This document shows, piece by piece, positions 1 through 15,400 of a stretch of 64,000 nucleotides of DNA. A program made the translations under genes and the position numbers. Position 1 is the first letter of the stretch, and each line of letters begins with the position of its first letter. This stretch comes from Octopus sinensis (taxonomy: Eukaryota): contig NC_043005.1 in assembly GCF_006345805.1 (NCBI RefSeq), positions 21,266,001 to 21,330,000 of the forward strand, written 5' to 3'. The notes below the pieces were generated by a model. That model saw only the letters and a program-made list of their open reading frames with translations, was not told where the DNA came from and did no database searches.

Positions 1-290
1 TCAGTAGAATGGTTGGCAAGAGTGAATGGAATGAGGTGGTTTGGGCATGTGTTGATGAGGGATGGAGAGTATGTTCAGAGGAGGGTGATTGCATTTGAGG
101 TAAATAGAACACAAAAGCAAGGTAGACTGAGGAAAAGATGGAGGAGATTGGAAGGATTGGTTTGAGAAAAGAGGATGCCCAAAACCGGGCAAGATAGTGT
201 GTGTGGGTGGTTGCTATAGCATTGAGGTAGATACGGCCATCTCTGTTAATGGAGACAAAACCCAGATTTAAAGCATTGAATGATGATGAT
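1..290 (+). mobile_element. RTE-type LINE 3' remnant
   Basis: Degraded RTE C-terminal sequence (tggtttgggcatgtg.., ..ggaagacc/ggaaaag..), followed by the gat-repeat tail also seen at 13330-13790 and 52880-53330. Confidence 0.45.
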
Positions 291-1913
291 AATGACTTAA
301 TAGCCCTACTGGATGAAATAATTGCAAGGTGATAACTAAAGTTATCTGAGACATGGACTTTTTCATCTTGATAAGTATATATTTTGTCTAACAAAATTAC
401 TGTATTTTCTGAGGTATTTTCAAACATATTCAAAAATCCAGATGATTGGAATGCTTCGAGATTCACTGCAGTCCTAAAAGATTTTCAATTTAAATTTTTT
501 TGTGGTTTTTAAAACCATATTGAGTGACTCAGAGATTCTGTTTTTGATTCTTTAAAGAAGTTTGCTTGATGTTTCAAGGTGTATTTATGAGGTTGAGAAC
601 TTCAAAAAACAATAGGTTGATACTGTCATGGTAGATGTATTTGTTGTATTCATTGTGGTGTGAGATTAGGCTTGCTGCATATATTACAAACAGAAGCAAA
701 CTCTTGAATATTTAACATCAGATTTAAGGGAAGGATGAACCTGAATACATACATAAATCATCAAATCGTCATTGGTAGAGAGACTAGGAATTAGGGATCG
801 ACTTAACTGTGATTGCTCAGCCATTAGTTATCTTCAAGATGCAAGACTTCCAAATCTTGTTGAAACTTTGTCCTTGATATGCTAGGTGAGAGCCGAGTTA
901 TGTTTTCTTCAGATGCCATGAGGGATCAGGTTGATACTTAACACCAAACTGCCTAAATGAAGAAAAGGTGTGAACCCAAGGAAACTTGAGATGATGTTCT
1001 ACCTGGAAGTGTACTCTCCTGCAAACTGGTTGGTTAAACAAAAGTGGTGTCCATCTGAAGATTGCATGTCCCAACTGTGGTTCACTTATGAGAGTGAACT
1101 GATAATTTAGTGAAATGGGTTCAAATCCTAGGGCTCACTGCAATATCAAGAACAGCAAGTTTGAAGAATTTTACCACCAGGTTTTGGATGGTGTTGCTGA
1201 ACTATCAGAGAAGTGTGGTTAATGTCAAACATCCAAGAAGTCACAGACATAATATTGGTGCTTGAAGTAAATCAGTTTCTGGCCAAAGTAATAAAATTTT
1301 CGTCTGATTCTAACCATACCTGCCACATCTGCTTCCTGAGAGAAATTGCTTTCTTCATTAAAGTGAGTAAATAATTACATGAGGTGTTCTCAAAGTGAAG
1401 AAGAGAGATTAAGTAATTTGGTCTTCATTTCCATGAATAAAAGAACTTTTGAAGAAGATGAAGGTAGAGTGTGGTGCTGATACATTTTATATCAAAATGA
1501 TCAATGAATCTACCAAAAAATATCAAGAATTGAACTGATTTACAAATAGATTTTAAGGAGCTCATTGTTTGTAGGTTCTATTATTTTCTCAGATTTCTGT
1601 CATAAAAAATAATGGTCATCATGGCAGGCCCATCACTAGAATATTGCTAATGGGGGAAAATCATGTCCAGCAGAGAGGAGTATCAAGCCCAAAGTGTAGC
1701 CTGTTGATGGAAGTACATTTCCTCACATTAAAATTATTTCATGTCACATTCACTGATGGAGTGGGGTTAGGTTTTGGTGAGTGGAAGAGTAAGGCTCCAC
1801 TTCCCCAGTTTCTGCCTAGGTATTAGCTTGTATTATAGGCTGCACACCCTGATTTCTAAGTTACCCTTTTCCACTGGCTCACAACTGATAACAATTTCTC
1901 CTTTCCATTCCAG

Positions 1914-2084
1914 CTTACACAAAAGTTGACTGTGGACCTCCAAAAGACATTGCTGTTGCAACAAAATCCTACAAAACTACTTCCTACAAATCTGAAGTGA
2001 TCTATTCTTGTCCAGGAGGACTTGAATTTAAAGCAGTATGTAATGAATACCGTAAATGGGCTCCAGCAGTGACTGCTTGTAAAG
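1914..2084 (+). CDS. Exon S1, Sushi/CCP domain
   Basis: ttccattccag|CT...AAAG|gtaatc, 171 nt. [56 protein letters not shown] has the four-Cys plus Trp CCP pattern (CxxP, YxC, C, W, C). Confidence 0.9.
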
Positions 2085-5000
2085 GTAATCTAATAGGTTC
2101 TTGCTTTTTGTTTTTTCTCTGTCAAGTTAATTTTGTTTTATTTATGTGTTAAATGTCTTTGTCAGAGGAAGTCTGGCTGAGTTCATAAAAACTTCAATTG
2201 TATTTGTGGTTTGTGGAAGGGAGAGAAAATGCTATCCTCCGACTAGAGACTTTCCCTAATACTTGCAACAGAGTGGACTTCATTAAATCTATCCAAGGGC
2301 CAGGTAATTATATTGATTCGGTTGAAGCACAGGAAGCATGGAAGAACAGGAGCATGTTTTTTTTCCAGTAGGCTTCCACATAGTTCCCATTCACCAAATA
2401 AATTTTATCCACAAGATGTAATTTACAGTTGTAAGGCAAATTTTTAACCTCACAGCCAAAAGACCACCCAATACTCCATTATTAAGTAAACTTATTAACT
2501 CCACAATTATACCTTGGCTCATCTTTATAGTTTTCCTCTTAATTTCTAACTTGACCATTCTCATACATACTTTATGTCATCATCCAAAATTCTGTGCAAT
2601 TCAATGCATTGAGTCCTTCTTTATTAGAATTCAACAATAACATTGTGTAACAAATTTTCAATTAATTTTTTGTCTTTGGTTTGTAAGCACTATTTCTTAT
2701 TTGCTTCTATCTATAAATCAAAAGAAATGACAACTATTCCCTTCAAGCTTTGCTTTTGTGACTGGGATATCAATGTTTTGACACAACTATTTTCCATTAC
2801 ATTTCATACAGATTCACCACTGAGTTGCTGAAGCAGAAATATTGTTTTAGCAAAATATTCTGCTCCATACCACAGATTTGCTCAACATTTGCTTGACCTT
2901 AATCACTTGAGCATGTCCCTCAGTGGCTGACAATATGTGCATCTCTGATTATGAGCAAAAGTAGTGGGTGAGCATCATAGCCATGTGCTGAAAGGGATTC
3001 TTTAGGGTTTAAATAAACGTAACAAAAGTGAAGTTTGAAGGAGATATTAGCTATTTTTCATACTTTCTAGGGGTAAGCAAACAGGAAGTAACAGTTACTA
3101 CCCAAGGACAAAATTTCTGTTACACAGTGTAATGTGAAACACACTTCTGATGCTCTAAGTATCTTCCATTTCACTCTTCTAAATTATAATAATAAAAATA
3201 ATAGTGGTTGTTTCTAATTTGGGGGAAATAAATCAGTTTATGAAAGTAGGGATCTAGTCAATATCATCAATTTCATTACTTGACTGTCAGTTTGTTATTG
3301 AACCCCATAATATTAATAGGCAAAGTTTCCATTAGGTGGAGTTGTGTAGCATTTCTTCGCAAGCAGTAACTAGTATACATTTATACATTTAAAGCAATGA
3401 TGAGAATGATGATGCAATCCTTTTGAATGTCTCAGAATCTCTATCTAGAGCCATTTCAAGAACTCCACCATCACTCTGTATTCCAAAGACATGTATGCTC
3501 TCCAATTATTGTTATCTGATGTATAGGTTTATGCACTATGGGCCTCAAACACTTTCACTATTTTTGCCACTCTCATATCACTTTTAATAATTTTGAGGAG
3601 AGTATCATCCTCTTCATCCTCACCTTCTTTATAAGAAAAACTTTAAAAATGCAGTTGAAGGATTGACCAAGATGGAAGGTTCCCATTGTCAGACCTTTCA
3701 ACCTCATCCACAGCACAGCCTCTTTTGCTATAGCTACTGGACAGAGGAAAACTGCCTTCTCTGATCAATAAAAGGAGGGTATGGAGCAATCCTGTCCCTC
3801 ACACAATAGCAGCAGCTTGACATATCATTACAAGTCAATAATGCCTAGACACTGAACAAGTACATGTAAAATTGCTTTGTTGCTTAGTGCACTTCTTGGA
3901 TATCACCGTCTGATGGCAGTTTTATGACTGGATTTTTTTCTTGGTTTCAGAGAGCCATTTGATAGCACTGCCAAGAGCTCCAGGAAGTCACTCTTAGTAT
4001 TCCTTAACCAAAGACCTTTTTGAAACAAACTTGCCACCTCATTCACATCAAAACCCAGGGTATCCCTGAGATTTTTAGTGCTCTTACCTCTCCACTAATT
4101 TTCTATAGACTGCTAGAATGTAACAACCACCAATTCCATTGCCCAAGTCAGATTTGATTCACTATAATTTGAATTACATTAGATAATCTGGCCTTCCCTT
4201 TTTATGATAGTGATGTGTGATTGAGAGAAATTTTGCTAATATATCTCATATGTTGGGCTTCCACAGTGATAGTCCACAGTAAATGTTGAACTTAAAATTG
4301 CAAACTAACAGATCTAATGCAGCTTATCCTCTGGTATAATTTGTTGTCTTGTTCAACACCACCACCACCTTGCTCTTCAAGTGATGGTGTTGATGGTGGT
4401 GGACAATACTTGGTCCAATGTTAATATATCTATTATAAAATTAAACACTTGCATTGACCCACAGTTGCTCATGCTCAGCATAGACCACATATATTGCACA
4501 AGTGTAAATAGGAGGATAGCCTAAGAATTTCATAACATAACTGCTTCTGAATGGCCAAATTATTAATAAATAAAAATAGCCCCACATTTTAATAAGTTAT
4601 ATATTCATTATTTAGGCACAAGAGCAAGCATAATTAACCCAGCTGAAACTGCTTCAGGCTCTATAGTACAAATGTCTTATTTTCATAAGTTCTGAATTAA
4701 AATCTTCCATCAATACCTTAGTCACAATTTATGTTCATAACACTAACTTAATGATAACTAAGTTATTCTACTAAATTCTTTGTTATATGTAAAATTACTT
4801 AATAGAAACACAGAGCATCTCAACAGAAATATAGTAACAAAAGGGTTAAAGAAGCAATGACATTTTGCAATGTTCATGTCTTTCTCAAGGGCAGTACCTG
4901 TTTATATAAAGTGAACTAAGACTGAGAATCAAACCCAAATCATTGAATCACACCACTTTGTCCACATTTGTACTAATAGAAAAACTGGAAAAGAACAGCC

Positions 5001-8000
5001 AGGGTCACTTCCTGCATGGAAAACAAATAGGAAAATGACTTCTTTTTTAACCAAGTTGTTAGCACTAATTAAAATTACACCCTCAATGGCTGGTGAAATC
5101 ATTATGTTAATGATATGTTCTAGTTGTTTAATTCAGAAGACACATCCCTATGAAGATAAAAGAGATGGATTTTAGTTCTTGCCATGAGTAGCCATATTTT
5201 TTCACATGCTTTTACATTCAGGATTCAAATCCTATCTGGGTGTACTTTATCCTTCATACTTCTGTGATTGATTAAACAACCACTATTCAGGTACTGAGGC
5301 CAATTTATTTTCACGTAACCCTGCTGCAGAATATGTAGCCTTGTGTTTACATTAGAAGCTATTATCATAAATATTGGTAACATCAACAATAATTATGATT
5401 ATTTTTGTTGTTAATGGTGATGGCTTGGGTGAATCAACAGAGAATCAGACAAAATTTGTTGTGGTATTTGTTCTAGCTCTTTAACTTCTTTGTTAAAATT
5501 TGGCTTTTGTGAACTTTGGCTTTCCAGGGACAGTAAAATAAAACACCATCAAGTGTAGAGGCCAATTTAATTGGCCACTTCTGATCTCAAAGATTTGACC
5601 TACAGTCTATGTCAGAAATTATTATTTTTAATGTTGTTATTTTTCATTGGTCTAAATTTTACTTTAATTCCAGTTGCTGAGACCCATTTTGTGAAAGTAA
5701 AACATGCAGCTCTAGATGTACCCAAGAAAACATTATGGAATAAGAAAAATGTAACAGCAGACGGTTGTGCAGAAAATTGTGTGTCTGACGAAACTTGTTT
5801 ATCATTTGAATTAATTAAAAAAAGTGGGAAATGTTTCTTATCAAAGGAAAGTGCAGCTGCCTCTAGGAAAATTAAAGTAGACAATAGCAGAGATTATTAT
5901 CAACTAATAAATCGTAATTATTCTTTGTGCTTTATTCTTGAAATTCTCTTTTCCGTTTTTTTTTTTTTTTCCTGAAATTTGTGATTTCATTTGTACTTCA
6001 TAGTATACAGATAACCATTTCTGTAAAGACATTGACAGGTTAACTTTAAGGAGAGACAAACACCTGCTCCTGAGAAAAAACTAATATTAAGTTTGTAAAT
6101 TCTGTTAGGACATTCTCATACCACATTTGTGCACTTGGAAAAATTTTTGTATTTTTATATATGGAAACTGGCTTTTCTTAAACCTGTAGTAGTAGTAGTA
6201 GTAGTAGTAACTTATATATAGCACGTTAGCATGGCTTTTTCACAGTATCTTGCCCTTTGTTGCTCTCTTCCATAATCTGGGACACAAAATAACAGAAAAA
6301 AGTAATGCTAATCTATTTAGTTGTGTATCTCTTAAATTTTGACATCGTTATTATGGCTGGATGCCCTTCTTATTCACCTATCATTGTACCATTATACCAC
6401 ATGAAGAGTATATTCTTCCATAACACTAGAATTAGAGATAATTCTCTGCTGGGATGAAAAGAAAACAGCTAGCATATTTTGATCTCAAGCTCATTTAGAG
6501 CTCAGGTTTAAACAGATATAATTGCCAAACAGTTTCAAGTATTATGAATAGACATGTCATCAACAGATTTAAGGTTAAATTATCGAGATTCTACAAGAAG
6601 TTTGATATTTATATAAGGATTATTACCAATATAACTACATTCAACTAACTGAACATTGCTTTAAGCTTTAAGTCAGGTATCACACAAAGTATACTCTCAC
6701 AAAATGCCTAATAAAGAGAACAGACACTTTCACAGGAATTTCAAAACCTATTCTCATACTATAATATGAAACTTAATAGTTGGCATTACTCAAAGAATCT
6801 CCAGTTAATGTCAAAATAAGATATTTTAAACTATCTCCCTACCCCTAAAAATAACTGTTCTTCTACCAAAATTTGAAGCAATTATCATTACTGAAGTTGT
6901 GAACATCTTTTTGAAATTCCATAAGTTTGTGTATTGTCTTTCTTTCCATTGAGTTGTATTTGTTAATTTTATTGCTTTATTTGGATGTAAGGGAAATGTT
7001 GATTCCCTTTTGTTAATTGTCCCACAAGGGTAATTTTGAAAAAGGTATATTTGAAGATGAAACAGTTGTTCACTCTCAACACCTACCACAGCATCAGAGC
7101 AGTTGTAATGACCAGTAACAGTAGCATCGGTAACAATAACAATAAGAACAGTAACAACAACAACAGTACCAACAACCATCAACAATGTGATACATCATAG
7201 AGAGTGGGATATGCAAGCTTATGTGGGTTGGGCCCTGATTAATTAATACCAGTTCAAAGTTTCTGATAGTGTTGAAAATAGTACTTGGCTGCTGTTGTCA
7301 CAACAACTGGCTTTAATCTTTTTATTTCTGTAGTTGCATCACCAACAGCAATAGTTATGGTAAATGGCCACCTGTTGGAACCACTCAGCATCATAAAGTC
7401 AGTCTGCCAAAGTTGTCCTTTCACAGCTCTTTTGTATGATCCAGAGGAGAGTGGACAGCAGACTGCTGTCAGAGGTCTCACAGGGTCTCTTTCCACACAT
7501 TATAAGCTTTGATACTTGGTTGTTAATTGTCACGGGAGACATTCAACATCCAAGTACCAAACTCAAAATCCTAGCTGTCCCCAGCAAATCAGTTTTTTGG
7601 GGCTTGCTCTGCTCTTATGTCAATTCCAGTTTCTCTGACATATTTCTTGAACTTGGTTGTTAGTGCTCTGAGTGCCTCTACAACTGTTGGAATGACAGAC
7701 AATCTCCTCATAGTCCACATTCTTGCAATTTCGTCTTTTAGTAGTCTGTACTTTTCAGGCCTTTCTAGTTATTTGTCACTTATTCAAGCATCTCCAGGTA
7801 TTGCAATATCTATGATCTTGGTCTCCTTTTTTTCCTTTACCTACTGCTACAATATATGGTCTGAGCCTTGTTTAGGGAGTCACATTGGATTGTAAAATCC
7901 CACAGTATCTTATGTTCGTTATTCTCAGTGACTCCTTCTGGTTCATGTTTATACCATTTCTGTGCTTTATTCAGACCATACTTTTCACATAGCCTCCAGT

Positions 8001-10787
8001 AGAACAAATTTGACCATGTAATCATGCCTCCTTTTGTAGTGCTTTTGGGCCAGCTTGCTACACTCACTCACAATGTGAGATTGTTTCGTTTCTGCTGCCA
8101 GGTCTTCAATTTCCCTATCTGAAAAGTGACCTTGGCACATTTATCAAGACCAAATTCCATCCCAATGTCATCACTGAATGTTTTCACAGTATGTAGTAGT
8201 CCTTCAAGCTTATTATCATCTTTGCCATAGAGTTTAAAGTCATCCATATAAAATAGATATCTTATTTTCTTGTTGCCAATTTCATATTTATATCCTGTTC
8301 TGTTAAACTCCCTTGTAGGGCTATGCAAAACATTAAAGGTGAAAGTGAGTTACCTTGGAAAATGCTGTAGTTGATATTAATATTTATTTTTTGTGGTCAT
8401 TACTCCATTAGAGTGGTATAATTTGAGGTTTGTATTCCATACTGACATGTACCTCAGGAAGTTTAAAATCACAGGAGAAATTTTGAAGATATCCAGCAAT
8501 TTCAAGATCCATGAATGCAGTATGCTCTCAAAGGCCATTTTATAATCAATCCATGTGGAACTTCGATTTCTGCATTTTTTATGACTGTTCTCAAAGATCA
8601 TGCAAGGATCACTCAAATGGTCCTTGAATAAGAATTGTTTAAGGATGTTGAATGAAATACCCATGTTTCCAGATGTGAATTATTCAAACTCCAAAGAATT
8701 CCTCTCAACACATGGCTATGATGCTCCCCCACTACTTCTGCTCATGATCAGAGATGCACATATCATCAGCCACCAAGGGGCATGCTCAACTGGTTACGGT
8801 CAAACAACTGAGAAGCAAATCTGTAGTATTGAACAGAATATTTGCTGTAGCCCATCTTTTATACCAAGACAAAACAATGTGTATGATAACACTTCCAATC
8901 AGTTAAGATCAGAAGCCATGAGAGCCACTGCCTGGTACTTCATCAGTGCATTTACTACATTATTATTATTTTTTTTTTTTGGTAGTCTTATTTTTAATAC
9001 ATCGTTTCACTGCTCTACTGAGTGCAACTCTGTGTGCCTTGAGATGGGCTGTGGTTTGTTGTGGTGTGCTTATTTTCACTGTATTGCGAATGCTATATGT
9101 AGGTTGTGTGCAGTGCCTAGTAGTGTTGTTTTCTGTATGTTATAATCATCATAAGTCCTAGTATTTTTGTTATATATTTGTCTGAATGTTTTTTAATCAT
9201 AGCTGATGCACCTATTATTACAGGGATTGTTTCTCTTTTAAGGTTCCACTTTGAGTTACCTCTACTTCTTCCAGATCTTTGTATTTTGAGAGTTTCTCCA
9301 TTTCTTTTAGAGATACATTGTCATCTGTTGGTACTGATACATCGATTAGAAGGCATATCTTTTTCTTGGTGATCTCTATATCTGGTCTATTATCCTTGAT
9401 TTCTCTATCTGTTTGTATTGGCATATCCCAGAGTCTGGTTCCTTTACCATGTTCTGAGACCTTTTCTGGGGTGTACCTATACCATCTTTTTTCTGTTGCC
9501 ATTCCATAGTGTTGGCATAGCTTCCAGTGTATATATGTCTCAACTCTGTCATGTTTGTGGATCTATTCCTTCTTAGTCAGGAGTGGGCAACCAGACACAA
9601 TATGATTTATCGTTTTTCATATCACCACATATTCTGCAGCTACTTGTATTTCTCTTCATTATGTGTTTCTGGTGATTTTTGGTGGGGAAGCTTTGATATT
9701 GTGCTGCTAATAAAAACCCTTCAATCACTGCTTTGAGTCCTGAGCTTCTCAACCATTGTTGGGATTTTGCTTTGTGTATTATTTTTTCTGTTTAGCATAT
9801 CCCTATATTTGCCATGTAAGGACTTTTCTTGCCATTATTTTATCATGATAATTTGTTGTTCAAGTTTTAGTTTGGATTTCAGTTGTTTTACAGCTTTTGT
9901 TGCTTCTTTCTCTTCATAGTTATTAGCTGCTATGACTTCTCTTTCGTATTTGTCAGCTTCCTTAAAGACAGAAAATAGTTTTTTGTTTTGCTCATGTTTT
10001 GTAACTGTTTATACCACTTTTCCTTGCTTCTGAGTTAGGTATTTCTGTAATCTTATGGTGGTTCTTTTGTAATGGTTTTCTAGATGTATAAGGCCTCCAC
10101 TACCTTTGATAAGTTGTGTATATAAACTTTCTGTGTCAGATTTTAGGTTTGGGTGGTGCATCCTAAATTGTCATTATTTTTCTTGTTTTCCTCTCTATTT
10201 TGATTAGTTCATTTAGAGTCCAGTTAAGAATATTGTAGCGATAACTTATAACTAGGATGCCTAGAGTGTTGATACTTATTACTTTGTTTTTCCCATAGAA
10301 CTCAGCTTTAATTATTAATCTCAGCTATAGTATTCCTGTCTTATTTTCTCTTTCATTCGTGTGTTGTACCATATCTAGTTCATTGATTCCTATATATCTG
10401 TATGTCTGGCTTTCGTATAATTTTCTTATTTCATTTGCTTTATCTAGTGTGATACCGTTACTCTTAACTAGTTTTCTTTTTTACAAGGTGGCTATGGCAC
10501 ATTTTCTTAGCTAAATTTTATGCTTATTTCTTTGATAAATCTATGCACTGCCTGTTGTAATGTTTCCAATTGTTTGTCATTTGCACATTAGCATGCGGGA
10601 TGAAATGTTAAGCGGTATTTTGCCCATCACTACTTTCTGGGTTCAAATTCTGCCGAAGTTGACTTTATCTCTCATCATTTCGAGGTTGATAAAATAAGTA
10701 CCAGTGAAACACTGGGATTGATATAATCGACCAAAATTTCAGTCCTTGTGCTTTTAGTAGAAAGGATTATTGTTGTTGTTGTTGTTA

Positions 10788-10838
<51 letters not shown>

Positions 10839-11095
10839 TATGTTTGACTTTTGTTTTACATTTGCACAAGCTGGCTCCAAGTCTCACCCAGAGACCTCAA
10901 GAGACAACAAGTTGGAAGTTCATGTTGGTGCTATGCCTAGGGTGCCATATATTTGGTTTTGTACTTAGTGTTGTACTAGTGAATGCCTAAAAGACCATAT
11001 GAAAATTATGTTTGTTTTAAAACTTGAGGTTACATAGAAAGTATTTTGCATAGGATATGAGCAGTTCCCATGAGTACTATCTTTTGAATTTCTGC

Positions 11096-11162
<67 letters not shown>

Positions 11163-11166
11163 TATT

Positions 11167-11208
<42 letters not shown>

Positions 11209-11415
11209 TCATCTGTGTTTATGTTCTGGGTTTAAAATCTGCCAAGGCTGTTTTTGCCTTTTATTCTTTTGGAATTGATGAAATATGTACCAGTTGAGCA
11301 CTGTCGTTGATGTAATTGACATACCTCATTTACCCAAAAAATTCAGGCTTTGTACCATAGTAGAAAGGTTTATTACTAGTTTGCTGCTACTGCTGCTGCT
11401 GCTATAAAAAATACG

Positions 11416-11471
<56 letters not shown>

Positions 11472-12334
11472 GTTTTAAGGTTAGTTAATTATGTAGATGT
11501 ACCATGTAACCCAAATATGAAATAAAATATTAGAAACCCATCTGGTTCAATATCTTTTCTACATACAATTTCTTATGTAAGCACAATTCATTCACAAAGC
11601 CATTTTTCAGCATAGTCGTTTTCAAAATTCATGTGAATTCTACTTCATCATGAAACATACTCGGAAGCTTGCCTCATTCTTTAGGTTTTCGATAAATTCT
11701 ATGTACATCCATCTTCTACTGATGTACTTTTCTTTAAAATTAAATGACCTTAAGAACACTTAACACATTGGTCAGCCATCTGTTGAACAGCACTTAGACC
11801 ATTAGAAGAGGTATGTACTCATGGATTATGTGCATCTTAAATGTTGAAACAAAGTTTCAAATGAGTCTGAAGATGTTCTACGCACACTGGAATTCTAAGT
11901 TGTCATTTTGTGGATCAATTATATGTTTATAATATATTGTCTTTTTAAAACAAATTATGCACCAGATGCTATATAATATTTAATGTGTGTTGAGTATAAA
12001 ATTTATTTCTTATTTTCTTTCTTTGTTTTTCTAGCCAAAGCTGATCTTTTTACATTTAAAAACATTATCATAATTGAGCCAGATACTTTGGAAACACAGA
12101 AAAATGTGAGCTTGCAGGAGTGTTATAAAACTTGCATTCAAAATCCATTGTGTAACTCTTTTAAGTATAATAAAGAGACAAAGATCTGTTATCATAGTAC
12201 TGACAATCACTTGACTCATGACCTTAAACCAAGCAAAGATAATTGGGATACTTACATCATTAACCCAGGTCAGTAGTGTTTTCATTTTAATTATTATGTA
12301 TGTGTATGCATCTACATGTGTGTATAATATATTT

Positions 12335-12383
<49 letters not shown>

Positions 12384-12389
12384 CACATA

Positions 12390-12428
<39 letters not shown>

Positions 12429-15400
12429 CGGGAAGCCTTATGAAAATAGACAAAAGACGAAGGCAGGTGGAAAACAAACAAACAATTGTATTAGTATGCC
12501 GCTCAGGAAATATAAATAAAACAAGTCTTTAACGTTTCGAGCCTACATATATATATATGTGTGTGTGTGTGTGTATTCTGTTGCACAGAAGTATTTTTGA
12601 CTACTATTTTTAGTGATGTAGGGCTGATAATTCGCTTGCCACTTGTGATAATACTATCACTCTTATATTTATTTATAAATAATTTCATGCATTTCGTTTA
12701 TTTAAATAGTGTTTGGTCACTTCAAACGAACTTTTGCAGGCATGGTAGAGGAAAATTTTAGTAGTAGTTTGCTGGTAGACTTTGACTGAAGAGAAAAAGG
12801 CACCTATTTGGTGCACATTTCAAAACCGGTACCAAGTAAACAAGCATTACTTGAAATAATGTACAAAATTAAATGTAGATTACATGTAAATTGTGTATGA
12901 AGAGTAAAAATGTATATGAAAAATGATGTATAAATATAAGAAATGTTAGGAATATAAAAATTTATAAAAGATATAAAGGATAAAAAATAAACTTAAAAAA
13001 TAAAAACTAAAATAAAGGAAGAAAAAAACTATATTAGTAAGCAATCTAACTCCCTTAGTCTTTAAATGATAAGGGCGGTGGGATGTCAAATTAATCTGGG
13101 ATGGGTGGAATTGCCTTACCTTAATGTTTGTTGTCCTCTTTAACAATTATATATCCACTGCATCGGAAATCTGTAATGGCTCCATAACTACTGTCTCAGC
13201 TATAACCTTGGAACCCTAGTAATCCATTACAACACTTACCTAGCATACCTAATTATTTAGTTCTGCTATCTTAGGGACCAAATTAGTGGTGGGGGAAGTT
13301 GTACAGAGAGTGTAATAACTAGAATAGAAATATAATGTATAAAATTCAGAGAGCTCTTACCTTTGTCAGCAACCAAATTTTTCTGTTTCCGAGTGAAAGG
13401 AAGATTGTATGAGGTATGCACACAAACAGCAATTCTACTGGGTAGTGAGATGTGGGCCTGGAATGCAGAGGATGTGAAGTCAAGAGAGAAATGAGGCTAG
13501 TATGCCCCATTGGGTGTGCAATGTAGGTGTATGTGTGTGACAGAGTGCTAGTATACTGAGAGAGAAGTTAGGCATAAGAGGAATTAGATGCAGTGAGCAT
13601 GAGAGAAGATTGCATTGGTTTGGTCATGTGATGCGGATGGGTACCAACTGCTCTATAGAAGTGCCATTCACACTAAGTGGATCAAACTCATGGAAGGAGG
13701 AGATCCAAGAAGACATTGGGATGAAGTCCTGAAGGATGACCTCAGAACTTTCTGAACTTTTCGAACTTTTGAACTTCTTGTAAACTTTGTACGTTAATAA
13801 CTTTGCCATTTTCTCCTTTTTATTCTTTTTTTAATCTCTTATTCCTCATTCCAGCATGCCTAATCACAAATGTCTCCTCTTCCACCTACACCACCATCTC
13901 AAACATTACCTTACCTTCTTTCCTATCTGCCTGCAAGCTTCTCTCAACCTTTACCTACTCATTAAAAAAAAAATCATTTCTCCAGTGACATTTCCTGCCT
14001 CAGTTGCTGCTACTATCTCAAACTCATCCCAAAAGTTTCCACTGCCATTTCCACCCTACTTCCCATTCTGCCTCCACTATATTACCCACCCCACTCCACT
14101 TTCTTCCACCTCACTCATGCCACCATCCATTCTAATCTCTCCAAAATATGCATCCTTGACTACCTTCCCTCTCTTGCTTACTCTATCTTCTCCTGTTGCA
14201 CAACCTTCATCACTTACTCCATCCTACATTTCATTCTCCATCTCAACCGCATTCCCAATTTTCTTTCTTACACTAAACACTACAAACTTCAATCACTCCT
14301 TCATCCTGACCCACCTGATGCCATCACACCCACCCCTTCCATGCCCTTCCTTACCCCTCTCCCTCCCTCAACCCACCCTCCCACATACATCTTTCTCCTC
14401 TCTCTCCTTCCATCCTACCACTACTTCCACCACCCCTTCCCCACCTGACTCACCTTCCTCTACTTCACTCTGCTGTTACCATTTCTCCTGATCTCCCTAT
14501 CTCTGAAGCAGAGCAGTCTCTCTTTAACAGAGGTCTCTGTTTTATACTATTCACTCTGTCCAGTAACAAGTTTCCATATTGATATCCAACACTTTGTGTG
14601 CTGTGTCAGGCTGCATGCTCTATTCCACAATACTCCACCTGCATCTAATGAAGACTGCTTCACTAATCTGTCCCACTAACCATCCACTGGATGCCATCTC
14701 CTAGCCAGTTCCAGGCAGTTGATAAATTTGCAAGTGTCTGTTGTGCTGTGGACTGGTTTATCTTTCACAGGCCTCCCCAACATCACCTAGGCCTTTTGAT
14801 GTTTCTGACGCCACCAAGATATCATCAAACTAGCTGACAAAGGTGGAATTTTGGTGGTGTGGTATGCAGACCTCTATATGCCTGAGGCACTCAACCATAC
14901 TTCAAGTCACCTCCTTCTATCGCCCTTTGCCCTCCAACCCCATGCTACACTATCAACAGATCATGTCTACCACAATTCATAACCTCATTTCCTCCTCCTG
15001 TCTATCTCTCACCATCTCCAACCTCATTGTCTATACTCCACATACCCTCGCCATTTACTTCCTTCTTAAGATCCATAAGACCAACAACCCTGGTTGCCCA
15101 ATTGTTTCAACCCACAGTCACCCCACTAAACTCATCTCCAAGCACCTTGACCTTGTCCTTGCCCCCTTGTGGCTTTTTTCCCATCACACATTCATGACAC
15201 CAACCATGCTCTTCATTTATTAAATTCTTTCTGCTTCCCTCCTTGTCCCTCCTGACTCCTGTTTACCTTCAGCATTAAGTCATTATACACTGTCATCCCA
15301 CACAATGAAAGCTTCCTTGTTCTAAAATACTTTGTCTTCATCCAGATCTTGAACCCACATGTCCTCTCTCCTCTGTTAAGCTGAACTCATCTCTCTCAAT

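Noticed and set aside
2272-2303. Conserved 32-nt AG..GT segment after Sushi exons (also at about 17091, 31934 and 44744) as a possible micro-exon
   Set aside because: Not a multiple of 3. The copy after S4 has AT instead of GT. There is no pyrimidine tract, and it lies in a duplicated intron block.
5571-5975. ORF-track single-exon proteins with a signal-peptide-like N-terminus (also 20986, 33527, 50351)
   Set aside because: The hydrophobic leaders are translated polypyrimidine tracts upstream of clear acceptors. Only A1 has a real in-frame ATG (5631); the other track starts are TTG/GTG.
6011-6038. 28-nt AG..GT segment after A1 and A3 as a micro-exon
   Set aside because: Frame-shifting length, weak donor (GTTAAC/GTTTAC), and the GT is lost in the A2 copy.
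10675-11278. Poly-Ile/Leu/Tyr/Arg ORFs (also 41138-41652, 43776-44049, 58622-58975)
   Set aside because: These are translations of microsatellites.
13856-14491. 211-aa Pro/Ser/Leu-rich ORF
   Set aside because: C/T-rich low-complexity sequence adjoining the Penelope-like relic, with no domain motif.
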